DNA from: a virus
Length of the DNA stretch: 64,000 bases
IMG/VR virus record: IMGVR_UViG_3300045988_177552
Location: 98,231 to 162,230 of that record
Strand: one strand, 5' to 3'
In this document: piece by piece, positions 1 through 10,381 of the stretch
Numbering within the stretch: position 1 is the stretch's first letter
Layout of the letters: every line of letters begins with the position of its first letter
The notes under the pieces: model-generated
Database searches by the model: none
Told to the model about the DNA's origin: nothing
Seen by the model: the letters and a program-made list of their open reading frames with translations, nothing else
Position numbers and translations under genes: made by a program

Positions 1-722
1 CTCAAAAGTTAAGTTTTCGTTTGCCTCAGGTTTCTCTCCCTTGGTCTTTTGATTATCAATTAAGACATATGAGACGCCATTTTTACATGACTATTCTCTT
101 CGAATCTCATACTGCCTTAATAACTAAGCTGTATCAAAGTCACTGATAATCCACCCCAATACTCAGAGATCAGAATTATACAGATTCATCTCTCCTTTCT
201 CAGTTCATTAAGGATCCTTAATTACTGTGTTTGGTAATAAGCTGACAGGACATTCTTCATATCCTCGCTACATTCCGGTTGATAAGTCTTCTTCAGACCT
301 ATCGTTTCTTTTTCTTTTATTTGTTAATATCGGTATCACTCTTAAACAGAGCTCCTCCGATGTGTCCTCTTTAACCTTTACGCTTAGGGCCTATTCATTA
401 ATCAGAGGCTTAACAACACCTCTTCGTCCTTTATTTCAAGTAGATTAACTATTCTGGCTATTTTTATATCGCCCTAACGATACCAAGTTCATTACTCTTG
501 GATTTCCTCATATAAGTCCCCCAGACCACCTTCAGTATTATATGAGTAAGCCTTTCACCACGAAGGCATGAAAAATTAAATGGAATATTCTCCTCTCCAA
601 AAATACTCCATTAGGACAATACCAAGTTTCAGAGATTGAGTCTGAATCTGCTCGTTTCCAAGCTATGCTACATTGCACCAAACTTGATATTATCATCATC
701 TTCTATTACATATATAAGGTTT

Positions 723-1295
723 TCACGTGTTCTTAGGCGGTATAAATTCTAGTCCACCTCTATTAAACTTATCAACCTCATTATTCGGATCTACCTTAGA
801 CTGTAAGATAGAAACCCATTCTTCCATTGGCTTATTTCCTAAGATCAATTCCCTAAGGTCTCTACAAAATCTTCCATGAACTCTATTTATACTCCTCTGA
901 CTGTATTCCCCAAGTCCTTCATGCTTAGCTTCCTCCGTGTTAGATATGTACATTGAGGTAGAGAATGATCCCCCTAGTTCATTATTCCAACAAAATATAG
1001 AGGCCCTACACCAGAAGCAGATTATCCTCTTAGCTTTTACCTTATCAGAATTTGAAGAATACAGGACGTAATGGAAATCATCTAGGATAGGAATAGGGAA
1101 TCCAAAAGAAGTTCCATGTCCAGCAAAGATTATAGTATCTTCTTCCTCAGACATAACTTTCTCCACTTCTTCCTCTATTCCGTCCTTGATTTCTCCGGAT
1201 TTTATCTCCAGAACCTTAACACCCTTTACTCCTTTCCAGAGTGTTTGAAGAATCTTACAATCAATATCTCCCAAGTTTGAATATATTACCGTCAT
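723..1295 (-). CDS. hypothetical protein
   Basis: 190-aa ORF in minus-strand gene run, overlaps downstream gene by 4 nt; no recognisable motif. Confidence 0.4.
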   Translation of the reverse strand: MTVIYSNLGDIDCKILQTLWKGVKGVKVLEIKSGEIKDGIEEEVEKVMSEEEDTIIFAGHGTSFGFPIPILDDFHYVLYSSNSDKVKAKRIICFWCRASIFCWNNELGGSFSTSMYISNTEEAKHEGLGEYSQRSINRVHGRFCRDLRELILGNKPMEEWVSILQSKVDPNNEVDKFNRGGLEFIPPKNT

Positions 1296-2068
1296 TTTCT
1301 TGAAAAATTATAGCACGTCACACAGGAAGGAATGAAGATATCATACAAGGCTGAGTTAAACTTCTTAAACTTTTCAAAGAAATTCTTATCAGTCATTCCC
1401 ACATTAAATATCCTATAAAGTCCGAAAGGGCATTTATATACGTCACCGTTTTCATTTATCAGGAATGAATATCTCTGATCTTTATGTCTACAGTAACATC
1501 CTAAGGAGGAAAAGAAGGTTGAGTATAAGAATCCTCTTCCAATAGGGACAACGGCTCTTTCTTCCATTTTTCCTGCTTCACCCTGTATGTTATTTTCTTT
1601 CAACCAGGTAACAGCAGACTCTATGTTTTTCCCATTATGCCACCTATCAGCACTAACACAGAAGAAAATCGTCTTTGACTTATCCTGATTAACGAATTCT
1701 TTGATTCCTTCCTTTACATCATCCCTCGTAACCCAATCTCCATTAGTCACTATCCTCATCATCTTGATTTCCTTCAATAGTAGTGACATAATCTCCTTCC
1801 AGTCAGGATTACAAAAGAACTCTCCTCCCATAACATTGGCATAGAGGATATCATACTTATGTAAAAACTCTGCTACCTTCCTTGCTTGTTCCACTGTCAT
1901 CATATCATTCCTGTCAGGGGAGCAAGAGAAACAGCAATGATCACAGGATTGAGTACACTTCGTTGTTATTCTTATCGTTGGTTTTAAGAGTTTCCAAGCT
2001 GTATGTTTCTCGTCACACTCTAATTTTCCTTTACATTTGCCGTCATAGCAGTAATCACATGGAGTCAT
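1292..2068 (-). CDS. radical SAM domain protein with extra Cys clusters
   Basis: CX3CX2C motif (CTQSCDHCC), GGE motif (MGGEFF), N- and C-terminal Cys-rich stretches (SPASM/twitch-like). Confidence 0.55.
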   Translation of the reverse strand: MTPCDYCYDGKCKGKLECDEKHTAWKLLKPTIRITTKCTQSCDHCCFSCSPDRNDMMTVEQARKVAEFLHKYDILYANVMGGEFFCNPDWKEIMSLLLKEIKMMRIVTNGDWVTRDDVKEGIKEFVNQDKSKTIFFCVSADRWHNGKNIESAVTWLKENNIQGEAGKMEERAVVPIGRGFLYSTFFSSLGCYCRHKDQRYSFLINENGDVYKCPFGLYRIFNVGMTDKNFFEKFKKFNSALYDIFIPSCVTCYNFSRK

Positions 2069-2071
2069 TGT

Positions 2072-2410
2072 TTATTTCTTTAAGAAGGTTAGAAGATCAT
2101 TACATTCTTTACTAGGGCCAAATAGCTTTAAGTTTCTTTTTATCAATGGAATAAACTCTTTCGCCTTATGTTTCTTTACTATCCAGAAATTTATGGCGGG
2201 TAAGAATTCTCCAGTCAATAGATGTTCTGGCCTGATCTCACCATGAACCCTTTCAAAACATTCGGTACAAACAAGAGACCTGGTAGAAATTCCCATCATG
2301 GCACAAAATTTCTTCCAAATGGTATTCTTAACCATAAACCAATCTGTCTCTTTCTTCATCATACATCCGCATATTTCACATTTATGCATAATAATAAAAT
2401 TTAAATTCAC
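2072..2410 (-). CDS. zinc-ribbon protein
   Basis: CEICGC...CTEC pairs; called start is GTG, an ATG 7 codons downstream is more likely. Confidence 0.4.
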   Translation of the reverse strand: MNLNFIIMHKCEICGCMMKKETDWFMVKNTIWKKFCAMMGISTRSLVCTECFERVHGEIRPEHLLTGEFLPAINFWIVKKHKAKEFIPLIKRNLKLFGPSKECNDLLTFLKK

Positions 2411-2446
2411 ACTTATAAGGTTTTGAAAAGAAAAAAAGGAGGAGAC

Positions 2447-3508
2447 TTATAAATCTCCGCCCTTAATATATTCAACGATCAACTCAATACAGGCCTCCAC
2501 GTCAGTCCAACGTACAACTTCCACTGGAGTATGCATGGATCTGTTCGGGATACTCAAGAGAAGGGTTTCACAATCAAAGGATCTTTCCTGAATCCTTGAT
2601 GTATTTGTTCCTCCTGCCCTAGAGACGCCAACTTGATACGGAATTTCCTTCTCCTTGGCAACCTTAATGAGTTTCTCTGCTATTCTCCTACTCTTTCCAG
2701 GTCCAAATTCAATAACGACACCTTTCCCAAGCTTGACATCACCATACTTCGCCTTGGATATTCCGAATTCATCCTCAGTCGATGGAGTCACGTCTATGTC
2801 AATTGAAATGTCCGGATTAACTCTTGAAGCGACAACACCAGCACCTCTAAGTCCTGTCTCTTCCTGTGCCATTGCTGCTCCAATCAGATTTATCCCCTTC
2901 AAGTCATTATCCCCTAGCCTGGACATAACCTCCTCAGTGATATAAACTCCAATCTTATCATCGGTAGCCTCCGAAAGGATGAAATCTCCACTAGGTCCCC
3001 AATCAAGGTTCTCTAATCCTTTCTGAAATACGCAGAGACTTCCAATTCCTATCCCCAAGGATTCAACCTCTTCTTTATTTCTGCATCCCAAGTCAAGAAG
3101 AAGATCACTTACCTTTACCACTTTCTCGTATTCATCATCCTCTTGAACATGGATCGGTTTATAAGAGATTGCCCCAAGGTAGGATGTCCCATTTGATGTC
3201 AAGACCTGTAACCTTGAACCCGGCAGGACTCTTCTATCTTCTCCGGACAGGCAGGTAATATTACAAAATCCTCCTTCCGTTATGTTTGTTATCATGAAAC
3301 CAAGCTCATCAATGTGGCCTGATATCATAACCTTCTTTCCTCCCTTGTCTCCTTTTCGGAATACGCAGTTATTGAAGCTATCCTGGAAGAGAAGTTCACT
3401 ATTCCCTTCCATTTGTCTTTTGAATACCTCTACTCCACGTCCCTCGTCTGACGTTGGGGTTGGTGTTAGTAAGAGGTCTAGTAAGAAATTTTTATTATTC
3501 TTTTTCAT
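2447..3508 (-). CDS. M42-family aminopeptidase (FrvX/glutamyl aminopeptidase-like)
   Basis: 353 aa; MISGHIDELGFMI motif and overall layout typical of M42 peptidases. Confidence 0.55.
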   Translation of the reverse strand: MKKNNKNFLLDLLLTPTPTSDEGRGVEVFKRQMEGNSELLFQDSFNNCVFRKGDKGGKKVMISGHIDELGFMITNITEGGFCNITCLSGEDRRVLPGSRLQVLTSNGTSYLGAISYKPIHVQEDDEYEKVVKVSDLLLDLGCRNKEEVESLGIGIGSLCVFQKGLENLDWGPSGDFILSEATDDKIGVYITEEVMSRLGDNDLKGINLIGAAMAQEETGLRGAGVVASRVNPDISIDIDVTPSTEDEFGISKAKYGDVKLGKGVVIEFGPGKSRRIAEKLIKVAKEKEIPYQVGVSRAGGTNTSRIQERSFDCETLLLSIPNRSMHTPVEVVRWTDVEACIELIVEYIKGGDL

Positions 3509-3729
3509 ACTTCTTTAAATTTGTTTTTAAAGTCCTCTCTTTCTCTGACATATATACTTCCGCCTAGTTCAGTATCCTGGTACATTACTGCCTCAAACCA
3601 TCTTCTTGTTGTTGGATCTTTAGCAGTACATAAGCCAAGAACTTTATATTTTCCATCATGACTTAATCCCGTCTTAGGATTAGGTGTTTGATCTCTGAAC
3701 TCCACTATGGTTCCCTTGTCTGTAATCAT
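3505..3729 (-). CDS. hypothetical small protein
   Basis: 74-aa ORF tightly packed between neighbours. Confidence 0.3.
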   Translation of the reverse strand: MITDKGTIVEFRDQTPNPKTGLSHDGKYKVLGLCTAKDPTTRRWFEAVMYQDTELGGSIYVREREDFKNKFKEV

Positions 3730-6470
3730 TGTATAGCCTCCACTTTTGGTTTATCCTCTTCTATTGTAATTACGAACTTTGTTGCATCAGGTGTCCTAAG
3801 CATTTCATCGCTGACTGGTTCTACGACATACTTGATTATGTTCTTCTGTAAGTCTCTAGCACCAAACTTCTTATCAACCTTCCCAATGACAAACTTCCTA
3901 ACATCTGGATTGACTTTAATACCAACCCTCGTCTTGTTCAGGTTTCTTCTCAGCTTATCCAGCTCGATATTGAAGATCTTCTCCAGTTCAGCATCCCCAA
4001 GTGAGTTGAAAATCAGAATCGATGATAACCTACCTAAGAATTCCGGCCTGAAATGCTTCTCGACACTCTTCATTACAATACCACGATCCTTATTTCTCTG
4101 ATCCTCTTCTGATACTGAACCGAAGCCGATATTAAGAGAGGTTCCGAGTTCCTTAGTTCCTATATTACCTGTGAAGATAAGAACGCAATTTGTAAAGTCT
4201 ACCAACATACCATCAGCCATCTTACAGTAGCCTTGATCTGTAATGCTAAGAATAACATCCAGGATTTTTGGATTAAACTTCTCAACCTCATCAAACAAGA
4301 CTACCGACCTCTTATGCTGCCTAACCTTATTGAAAATTGCACTAGAGAAGTCTCCATGACCAACATAGCCAGCTGGAGCACCGATAAGCTTTGACAATGA
4401 ATGCTCCTCTTTGAACTCTCCACCATCAATCTTAATAAGGTCATTTCTACTACCAAAGAAGATATCCGCTACCTCCTCTGATATTAAGGTCTTACCAACT
4501 CCAGAAGGTCCTATAGCCAAAACACTGCATATCGGTTTTCTCTTATCCCTGATTCCTAAGGCGTTTAGTTGAATAGCCCTAGTGAATGTATCGATAGCTT
4601 CCTGTTGACCAATGACTCTCCTTTCCAATTCCTTCTTCATCAAGGCAATTTTCTCGTTGTCCGTCTGATTGATCTTATCTACAGGAATCCTAGACACCTT
4701 ACTTACAGCTGCTGCCACATAGTCTTTTGTCACCTCAGGCCAGTTCTTTCTCTTATCACCAGTTTTCTCATCTTTCTCCAACTGTGCTCTAAGGGCTTCT
4801 TCCTCAGCCTTCAGTTTTTCTCCAAGCTCAAAATCCATATCTTGGGTTACGGCCTGAATTTTCTGTTTCACCAAGTCAGCAATCTTAGCTTTCAGTTCAG
4901 CATTTTCATCCGTCAAGTTGCTGAGGAATGCCAAAGAACCAGCCAAGTCCATGACATCAATCGCTTTGTCAGGGAAGTTCTTATCACTTATATACCTATC
5001 AGACCACTCAACGCAAAGTTCTAGTGCTGCCTTAGTATATCTGACATGGTGATAAGACTCGTAGTGGGACTGAATACCCTTGAGAATCTTGAAAGTCTCT
5101 TGTACGTCGGGCTCTTCAATCTCTATCTGTGTAAACCTCCTATTCAGGGCAGCATCTTTCTCAATATACTTGTGATACTCTTCTACTGTAGTGGCTCCTA
5201 TACACTGAAACTCTCCTCTTGCAAGGTATGGTTTGAGTATATTAGCTAAGTCACCAGAGCCTGAAGATCCTGCATTGACAATATTATGAAGCTCATCAAT
5301 AAAGACGATGATTTCTCCCTTATGCTCAATGACCTCCTTAATGATTTTCTGGATTCTCTCCTCGAATTGACCACGATATTGAGTTCCAGCAATCAGGTCA
5401 TTTATATTAAGAGCACACAGCCTAATTCCCTTCATCCTCTCAGGAACCTCGCCAGCGACAATTCTCTGTGCAAGTCTTTCAACAATAGCACTTTTACCTC
5501 CACCGGCAGGTCCTGTTATTACGACTGAGTTCTTTTTTCTCTTGTTCAGGATTTCAACGATAGAATCTACCACAGAATCACGTCCTATTACAGAATCAAA
5601 CTCCTTTCTCTCAGCTTTCTTTGTATAATCAACTCCGAAACTGTCAAGAATTGGAGTATCACTGTTAGGATCTACCTCTGTTCCACTAAAGGCCTTTGAA
5701 TTTCCGTATTTTTCGAAGTTCTTCTCATCTTCTTCATGAGTATTCTTCTTCTCGTCTATCTCTTTCTTAGCCTCCTTCATAGCTTCTTTGGATATTTCCT
5801 CCAATTTCTTCTTATCCATTCCAGTAATAGATGATAAGAGATCTGTTACTTTAGAAGTTAAGTCATCTGTATAGTCTTCGGCAGCCTGTTTCCTATACTC
5901 GAACATGATTTTCTCAAGTTCCTCCTGAGATATATAGTCCGATAAGAGGTCTGAAAATTTACTATAGCCCTCACTTAAGACACAGAATAGAAAAACATCA
6001 GTATCAATTTCTCCAAGTCTCTCAGGGAATGACTTATTTGTGAACTCCAGAGCTGCTTCAAGTACCTCTGAAAGCTCTTCATCTGTTACGATTCCTCCAC
6101 CAATAGCAAACTCTTCAGGAATATTCTCTAAGTCTTGAAGCTGTGCAGATTGTTCGAGGAAAGTAAGCAAGTTATCCTTCATTTTTTCTGGTACTTTGCT
6201 TAGCAACCTAGTAAGAACAGTCTCCCTATTCTGTCTACATGTGATAAGTGGAAACAGAAGACGACCTACAACATCGACAACAGTTATTACAGGCCTATGA
6301 TTCCTCTCAGCGAATGCATAAGTCTCGGACATTACTGTTTTCAAATCTTTCGATAATCTAAATTCTTTTTTCTTTTTCATATTTAATTTGAATCTTTTGT
6401 TCATTAATAGGGATTTCACGTGTTCACAGTAGCAATTTTTACACCTTTTCCTTCTGTCTTCACCATCCAC
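3726..6470 (-). CDS. Clp/Hsp100 two-domain AAA+ ATPase (ClpA/ClpC-like unfoldase) with about 300-aa novel N-terminal region
   Basis: D1 Walker A GPAGGGKS, Walker B FIDELH; D2 GPSGVGKT, LFDEVEK; NIGFG loop resembling the ClpP-docking IGF loop; start probably at 6380 (MKKKKEF) or 6404 rather than 6470. Confidence 0.8.
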   Translation of the reverse strand: MDGEDRRKRCKNCYCEHVKSLLMNKRFKLNMKKKKEFRLSKDLKTVMSETYAFAERNHRPVITVVDVVGRLLFPLITCRQNRETVLTRLLSKVPEKMKDNLLTFLEQSAQLQDLENIPEEFAIGGGIVTDEELSEVLEAALEFTNKSFPERLGEIDTDVFLFCVLSEGYSKFSDLLSDYISQEELEKIMFEYRKQAAEDYTDDLTSKVTDLLSSITGMDKKKLEEISKEAMKEAKKEIDEKKNTHEEDEKNFEKYGNSKAFSGTEVDPNSDTPILDSFGVDYTKKAERKEFDSVIGRDSVVDSIVEILNKRKKNSVVITGPAGGGKSAIVERLAQRIVAGEVPERMKGIRLCALNINDLIAGTQYRGQFEERIQKIIKEVIEHKGEIIVFIDELHNIVNAGSSGSGDLANILKPYLARGEFQCIGATTVEEYHKYIEKDAALNRRFTQIEIEEPDVQETFKILKGIQSHYESYHHVRYTKAALELCVEWSDRYISDKNFPDKAIDVMDLAGSLAFLSNLTDENAELKAKIADLVKQKIQAVTQDMDFELGEKLKAEEEALRAQLEKDEKTGDKRKNWPEVTKDYVAAAVSKVSRIPVDKINQTDNEKIALMKKELERRVIGQQEAIDTFTRAIQLNALGIRDKRKPICSVLAIGPSGVGKTLISEEVADIFFGSRNDLIKIDGGEFKEEHSLSKLIGAPAGYVGHGDFSSAIFNKVRQHKRSVVLFDEVEKFNPKILDVILSITDQGYCKMADGMLVDFTNCVLIFTGNIGTKELGTSLNIGFGSVSEEDQRNKDRGIVMKSVEKHFRPEFLGRLSSILIFNSLGDAELEKIFNIELDKLRRNLNKTRVGIKVNPDVRKFVIGKVDKKFGARDLQKNIIKYVVEPVSDEMLRTPDATKFVITIEEDKPKVEAIQ
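6401..6427 (-). promoter_or_regulatory. promoter-like motif at the Clp ATPase start
   Basis: cattaatagggatttcacgtgttcac; near-identical core to 48957 and 708..729. Confidence 0.4.
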
Positions 6471-7318
6471 GGCACTAGGATTTGGTATGAGGTCTTAGTT
6501 TCTTTTCCAATTCCCAACAATCCATCCACCAGTCTGGCCTCTAAGAGGGGATGTAGGTGATTTGTTGGGGAAGGATCAATAAACGTCGTCCCACCAAAGA
6601 GAGAACTAAGGAAGTAGGGCAATGTTTCTATCAGGTACTGAGCCCCCGATCCAAGTTCCTCCAAGTCCATCTCTTTGTCCCTTCCTGAAAATAACCTCCA
6701 CTTCTGATCTATCCTGCCTATGGAGAGGTCTGATGTCACTAAGAATCCCTTCATCCATTTCTGTTGTTCTTCCTGTAATGACCATACCTTTTCCCAGACA
6801 CATTGTTTAGGAAGACATAACGAATTCCCTAAGATTTCCTGCATGAACTCTGCCACTGAAGGACATTCTTTCATCAATGGAATCCTGTAAGGTTGTTCAG
6901 GAAGATCCATATTCAGGAGTCCATCTATATTTGACGAAACAGACCAGAATATACTTTTAGGGATAGCCATTCCATTTGTTAATTCTAGGAGGACTTTAAA
7001 TTCTCCTCCACCTTTCTTTCTTAGGAGAAGTCTTTCATTAAATACTTTTCCCTCCTTATCTAAGACAAGGTTATAGCCATAGGTTTTCTTCTCATGTTCC
7101 CAGGTGATCATGAATTTTGTACCCGTCGTTTTCCCTTTTATCCAATCCAAGGAAACGCCTCTTTGTATCCAATCCATGTAATCTCTGAGACGTATAAAAA
7201 ATTCTTCAACATATAATCCGCACAGGTCATCCGTAACACTAATCAGTCCTGTTGGAATATCTTTTAATCTCTTTGTTCCAATAAATGGATCATCAATTAT
7301 TATTATATCTTTAATCAT
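6416..7318 (-). CDS. hypothetical protein with degenerate ABC-ATPase-like C-terminal motifs
   Basis: ELGSGAQ (signature-like) and TFIDPSPTNHLHP (Walker B/H-loop-like) but no canonical P-loop. Confidence 0.35.
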   Translation of the reverse strand: MIKDIIIIDDPFIGTKRLKDIPTGLISVTDDLCGLYVEEFFIRLRDYMDWIQRGVSLDWIKGKTTGTKFMITWEHEKKTYGYNLVLDKEGKVFNERLLLRKKGGGEFKVLLELTNGMAIPKSIFWSVSSNIDGLLNMDLPEQPYRIPLMKECPSVAEFMQEILGNSLCLPKQCVWEKVWSLQEEQQKWMKGFLVTSDLSIGRIDQKWRLFSGRDKEMDLEELGSGAQYLIETLPYFLSSLFGGTTFIDPSPTNHLHPLLEARLVDGLLGIGKETKTSYQILVPWMVKTEGKGVKIATVNT

Positions 7319-7349
7319 ATCATATATAAGGAATTGAAAAGAAAGGGCC

Positions 7350-7631
7350 TCAACACAACCCCTTCTTCTCTGCGAATACCCTAGCTCCTAACCTCTTATA
7401 GAGTTCCCAATTTTCTTCCATGTCATAAACTTTCCTCAGGCCCTCTAACTTATCTATCAAGGGCTGAACATCATCTAAGGAGCTTTCATGGATATCACAG
7501 GTAGGACAGTCATAGGTATAGGATGTAAAACCTGGAATATCCTCTAGGAAACCCCAAATAGGTGGAACCACTTTCTTCTTTATTATGTGTTCCTTCTTAC
7601 AAAATGGACACTTTATTCTTTTCATATTCAC
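7350..7631 (-). CDS. zinc-ribbon protein
   Basis: CPFC...CPTC Cys pairs in 93 aa. Confidence 0.4.
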   Translation of the reverse strand: MNMKRIKCPFCKKEHIIKKKVVPPIWGFLEDIPGFTSYTYDCPTCDIHESSLDDVQPLIDKLEGLRKVYDMEENWELYKRLGARVFAEKKGLC

Positions 7632-7656
7632 TAGTAAGGAAAAGAAAGGGAGGCTC

Positions 7657-7986
7657 CTAGTCCTCCCCCGAAATCAGGTTTCTTAATTCTTTTCCAGTCT
7701 CTTGTCTACCATAATCTTCCCAATGACATGTCCAAGCGGCTCCTGATATTTCAACCACCAAGACTCTTCCGTCCGATCCACCCCTTTGAATGGCCCTTGT
7801 GACAGCGTCTCGGATTGTATCTCTTTTTCTGGCTCCGCATTTTACAATAAAACATGTCTTTGTGAATTGAACAACTCCACCTCCACGACAATCTGCAAAC
7901 TTTTTACAGGCTTCTATAGCATCTTCATATCGCTGTTCCAATCCTTTTCCAGGATCTAGGGCAAATGTCACTAGGTAAGTTTCCAT
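7657..7986 (-). CDS. hypothetical protein
   Basis: 109-aa ORF, no recognisable motif. Confidence 0.35.
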   Translation of the reverse strand: METYLVTFALDPGKGLEQRYEDAIEACKKFADCRGGGVVQFTKTCFIVKCGARKRDTIRDAVTRAIQRGGSDGRVLVVEISGAAWTCHWEDYGRQETGKELRNLISGED

Positions 7987-8510
7987 TATTCTTGGCCTTC
8001 CTCTTTCTTTTCGAGAAGTTCTTTGAGACTGTTCTCAATTCTCTGACTGATGCTCTTGGTGAACTTCTTTGCTCCAGCCATGATATCATTGAGAGAGCTT
8101 TCCATGTTCAATACCTCACGGAGCTCCTTCACGTCTTTGTCATCGATGACCTTTTGAATCTTCTCACCAAGCATCTCCACGAGCTCACTATTCTCCAAGA
8201 ACTCAGATCCTTTATTCTTCAGGGCGTCATATCCCTCCAGGACCTTCTCCTTGAGTTCCTTAAGCAAACGTTCCTCACGCTCCTCATCTGTAAGACTAGC
8301 CTCTCTTACCATTGCGGCAATCTCTTCGTCCGACAGGTCAGGATTATTCTTGATTCTCTCAAAGATCTCCTCGCGTGTAGGTCTCTTATCTTCTTTCAGT
8401 TCTACCACACTGGCCTTAACGCCATTGATAAACTCTTCACTTGCCTCTTTAAAACTAGCTGCTGAGGCCTTAAGACTTTCATTGATCTTCTTCCAATTAA
8501 ATTTGCTCAT
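7986..8510 (-). CDS. acidic coiled-coil protein
   Basis: 174 aa, E/K-rich, predicted coiled coil. Confidence 0.35.
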   Translation of the reverse strand: MSKFNWKKINESLKASAASFKEASEEFINGVKASVVELKEDKRPTREEIFERIKNNPDLSDEEIAAMVREASLTDEEREERLLKELKEKVLEGYDALKNKGSEFLENSELVEMLGEKIQKVIDDKDVKELREVLNMESSLNDIMAGAKKFTKSISQRIENSLKELLEKKEEGQE

Positions 8511-8612
8511 ATTTTTTTTTAAATTAATAGTTTTTTAATCATATATAAGGAAATAAAGGGTGAGTAAGACTATCCATCCCGGACTGTCCTACTCTGTAAC
8601 AAAGTTGCCCAA

Positions 8613-8990
8613 TTAATTGCCTACTTTTATTATTTTAACTAAGGAAGAAAGAGAACTAACCCTTATCCCCAACTCCCTGACAACCTCTTCAACAGTATCA
8701 AACCTCTCCTTGAAGGATTGGTAATATTGTTTGGCGATTGCATATTGGTTTGGGTCTGGATCTGAAAGTTTTCTGTTGACCATCGCTATAAGTTCATCAA
8801 CATTCTCTTTCAACTCATCTTTCCCTAAGTTATATTCCTCTATAATCCTTTTTGCTTTTTCGAAATAGGACCTTATCTCTTCAATAGTGGCTTCCTTATT
8901 ACTAGCCTCTAATTCAAGTTTAGCCCTCTCTAATTCAGCCTCAATCCCAGATATCTTTGATTGAAGTTCATTAAATTTATCTTTCTCCAT
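8613..8990 (-). CDS. hypothetical coiled-coil protein
   Basis: 125-aa ORF. Confidence 0.35.
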   Translation of the reverse strand: MEKDKFNELQSKISGIEAELERAKLELEASNKEATIEEIRSYFEKAKRIIEEYNLGKDELKENVDELIAMVNRKLSDPDPNQYAIAKQYYQSFKERFDTVEEVVRELGIRVSSLSSLVKIIKVGN

Positions 8991-9300
8991 AACTCATGTA
9001 CATTAGTTTAAGCTGACTTGGAGTTAAGGCGAATAATTTTCCTCCTTTCCTATTGAGCTCTCTACAGATATAATCTTTTCTAGAAGCTGCTTTAACTAGG
9101 GAAGACTGTCCAGAGGAATCTAGGAGTTCATATCCTCCATTATTTAGATCCCTACACTCAAGGAAAACTTTATTCGTTGTTCCGTCTATGGCTCCAACCT
9201 TTGCAATATCACTAAGCCACTCAGGTACGTCTTCTCCCCAAGTCCATGTTTCAATTACTCTCGGATACTTTCCATTATATCCACTTTGAATAAATTTCAT
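8977..9300 (-). CDS. hypothetical protein
   Basis: 107-aa ORF overlapping its neighbours by a few nt. Confidence 0.3.
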   Translation of the reverse strand: MKFIQSGYNGKYPRVIETWTWGEDVPEWLSDIAKVGAIDGTTNKVFLECRDLNNGGYELLDSSGQSSLVKAASRKDYICRELNRKGGKLFALTPSQLKLMYMSYGER

Positions 9301-10022
9301 CCCAATTCTATATTTTGAATGTCGGTCTGTGTAGTTTCAATTCCCTTTCTAACAATCAAAGACGACATGAGGTACGAAAAATCATCCTCAATAAAAGTCT
9401 TGATGTAATCCCTGAAATCTTCTTTATCTCTGTCCCCAATCAAGAGTCCTATAGTCGGGGATTTGAAGAATAATATGTTAGTCGGGGAACTGTGTGTACT
9501 CCAATACCTATCTTTTGTTTCCTTAGCTTTTCTTTCCCACCAATTCAAGGTTATATTGTCTGGCATCATATAAATAGATCCCAACTCTTCCTCTTCCAAA
9601 CGACATACCCTCATGATAGGTTTTTGAATTCCCATCAATGCAATTTCCGGAAACCTACTAATCCTTTTAGTGTCATTGAAGTTTCCTAGTTTTTTCGTAT
9701 CCGTAATCAGATAAGTTGGATGTTTCTGGAAGACATCTTTGCAATATGATAGTGCTAAGAATAAGGGCTCTCCAATAATTTTTCCCTCTCCGCATAAGTA
9801 AGCACATGCATTATAGAGATTTGAAAACTTTGGAATATCAACTCCCTTATTTGTCTCCTTGAAATGATCTGAGAATACGAAGAACAAGTCTGACACTTTT
9901 CCTAGGGCATCAATATTCTCATGAACCCTTTTCGTCAGTGGAAGGTCCCTCGTATCTATTACTATAACTGTAACCAATGAATGTTCTGGTTGTCTCAATA
10001 CGTAAACTGAATTTTTGTTCAT
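9297..10022 (-). CDS. hypothetical protein
   Basis: 241-aa ORF preceded by the promoter-like motif. Confidence 0.4.
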   Translation of the reverse strand: MNKNSVYVLRQPEHSLVTVIVIDTRDLPLTKRVHENIDALGKVSDLFFVFSDHFKETNKGVDIPKFSNLYNACAYLCGEGKIIGEPLFLALSYCKDVFQKHPTYLITDTKKLGNFNDTKRISRFPEIALMGIQKPIMRVCRLEEEELGSIYMMPDNITLNWWERKAKETKDRYWSTHSSPTNILFFKSPTIGLLIGDRDKEDFRDYIKTFIEDDFSYLMSSLIVRKGIETTQTDIQNIELG

Positions 10023-10039
10023 ATCTCTTTAATAAGTAT

Positions 10040-10381
10040 TTAAAGGCCCATGGAGCGCAAAAATTCTATTTCACGGGCCTTATAATCTATCCACCATCGT
10101 AAAACTTCGTTCCATAATTCCTCAGCTTTCTTTTTCGTTTCTGCCAAGTAATAGGATGGATTAGGTGTGGTAAGTTCATGTTCCCGGAAAATGAAGTATC
10201 CTGTCTCTGGTTCATACATCTCCCAAAAACCCTCTCCCACACCTTGATAGAATCCAACGATACACTTCCTTGGAGGAATCATAGTCTCAGTTTTCAGTCT
10301 TCCAAACCTTGTAAACTCCAATCTGAAATACCAATAATCTCCGTAGCCTAAGTCTCTTCCTCTCAAGTAGTTTAAATTCAT
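10040..10381 (-). CDS. hypothetical protein
   Basis: 113-aa ORF, W/Y-rich. Confidence 0.35.
   Translation of the reverse strand: MNLNYLRGRDLGYGDYWYFRLEFTRFGRLKTETMIPPRKCIVGFYQGVGEGFWEMYEPETGYFIFREHELTTPNPSYYLAETKKKAEELWNEVLRWWIDYKAREIEFLRSMGL

Noticed and set aside
227-448. 73-aa plus-strand ORF in the left 700-nt region
   Set aside because: Low-complexity, no motif, region otherwise lacks coding signal; more likely non-coding. A minus-strand open frame running off the window start lacks an in-frame ATG and was not called.
4569-5024. Antisense ORFs nested inside large genes (e.g. 4569..5024, 2655..2945, 8251..8538, 11309..11845, 31301..31865, 32106..32468, 48071..48655, 49743..50082)
   Set aside because: Each is fully contained on the opposite strand of a well-supported gene and has low-complexity composition typical of antisense artefacts in AT-rich DNA.
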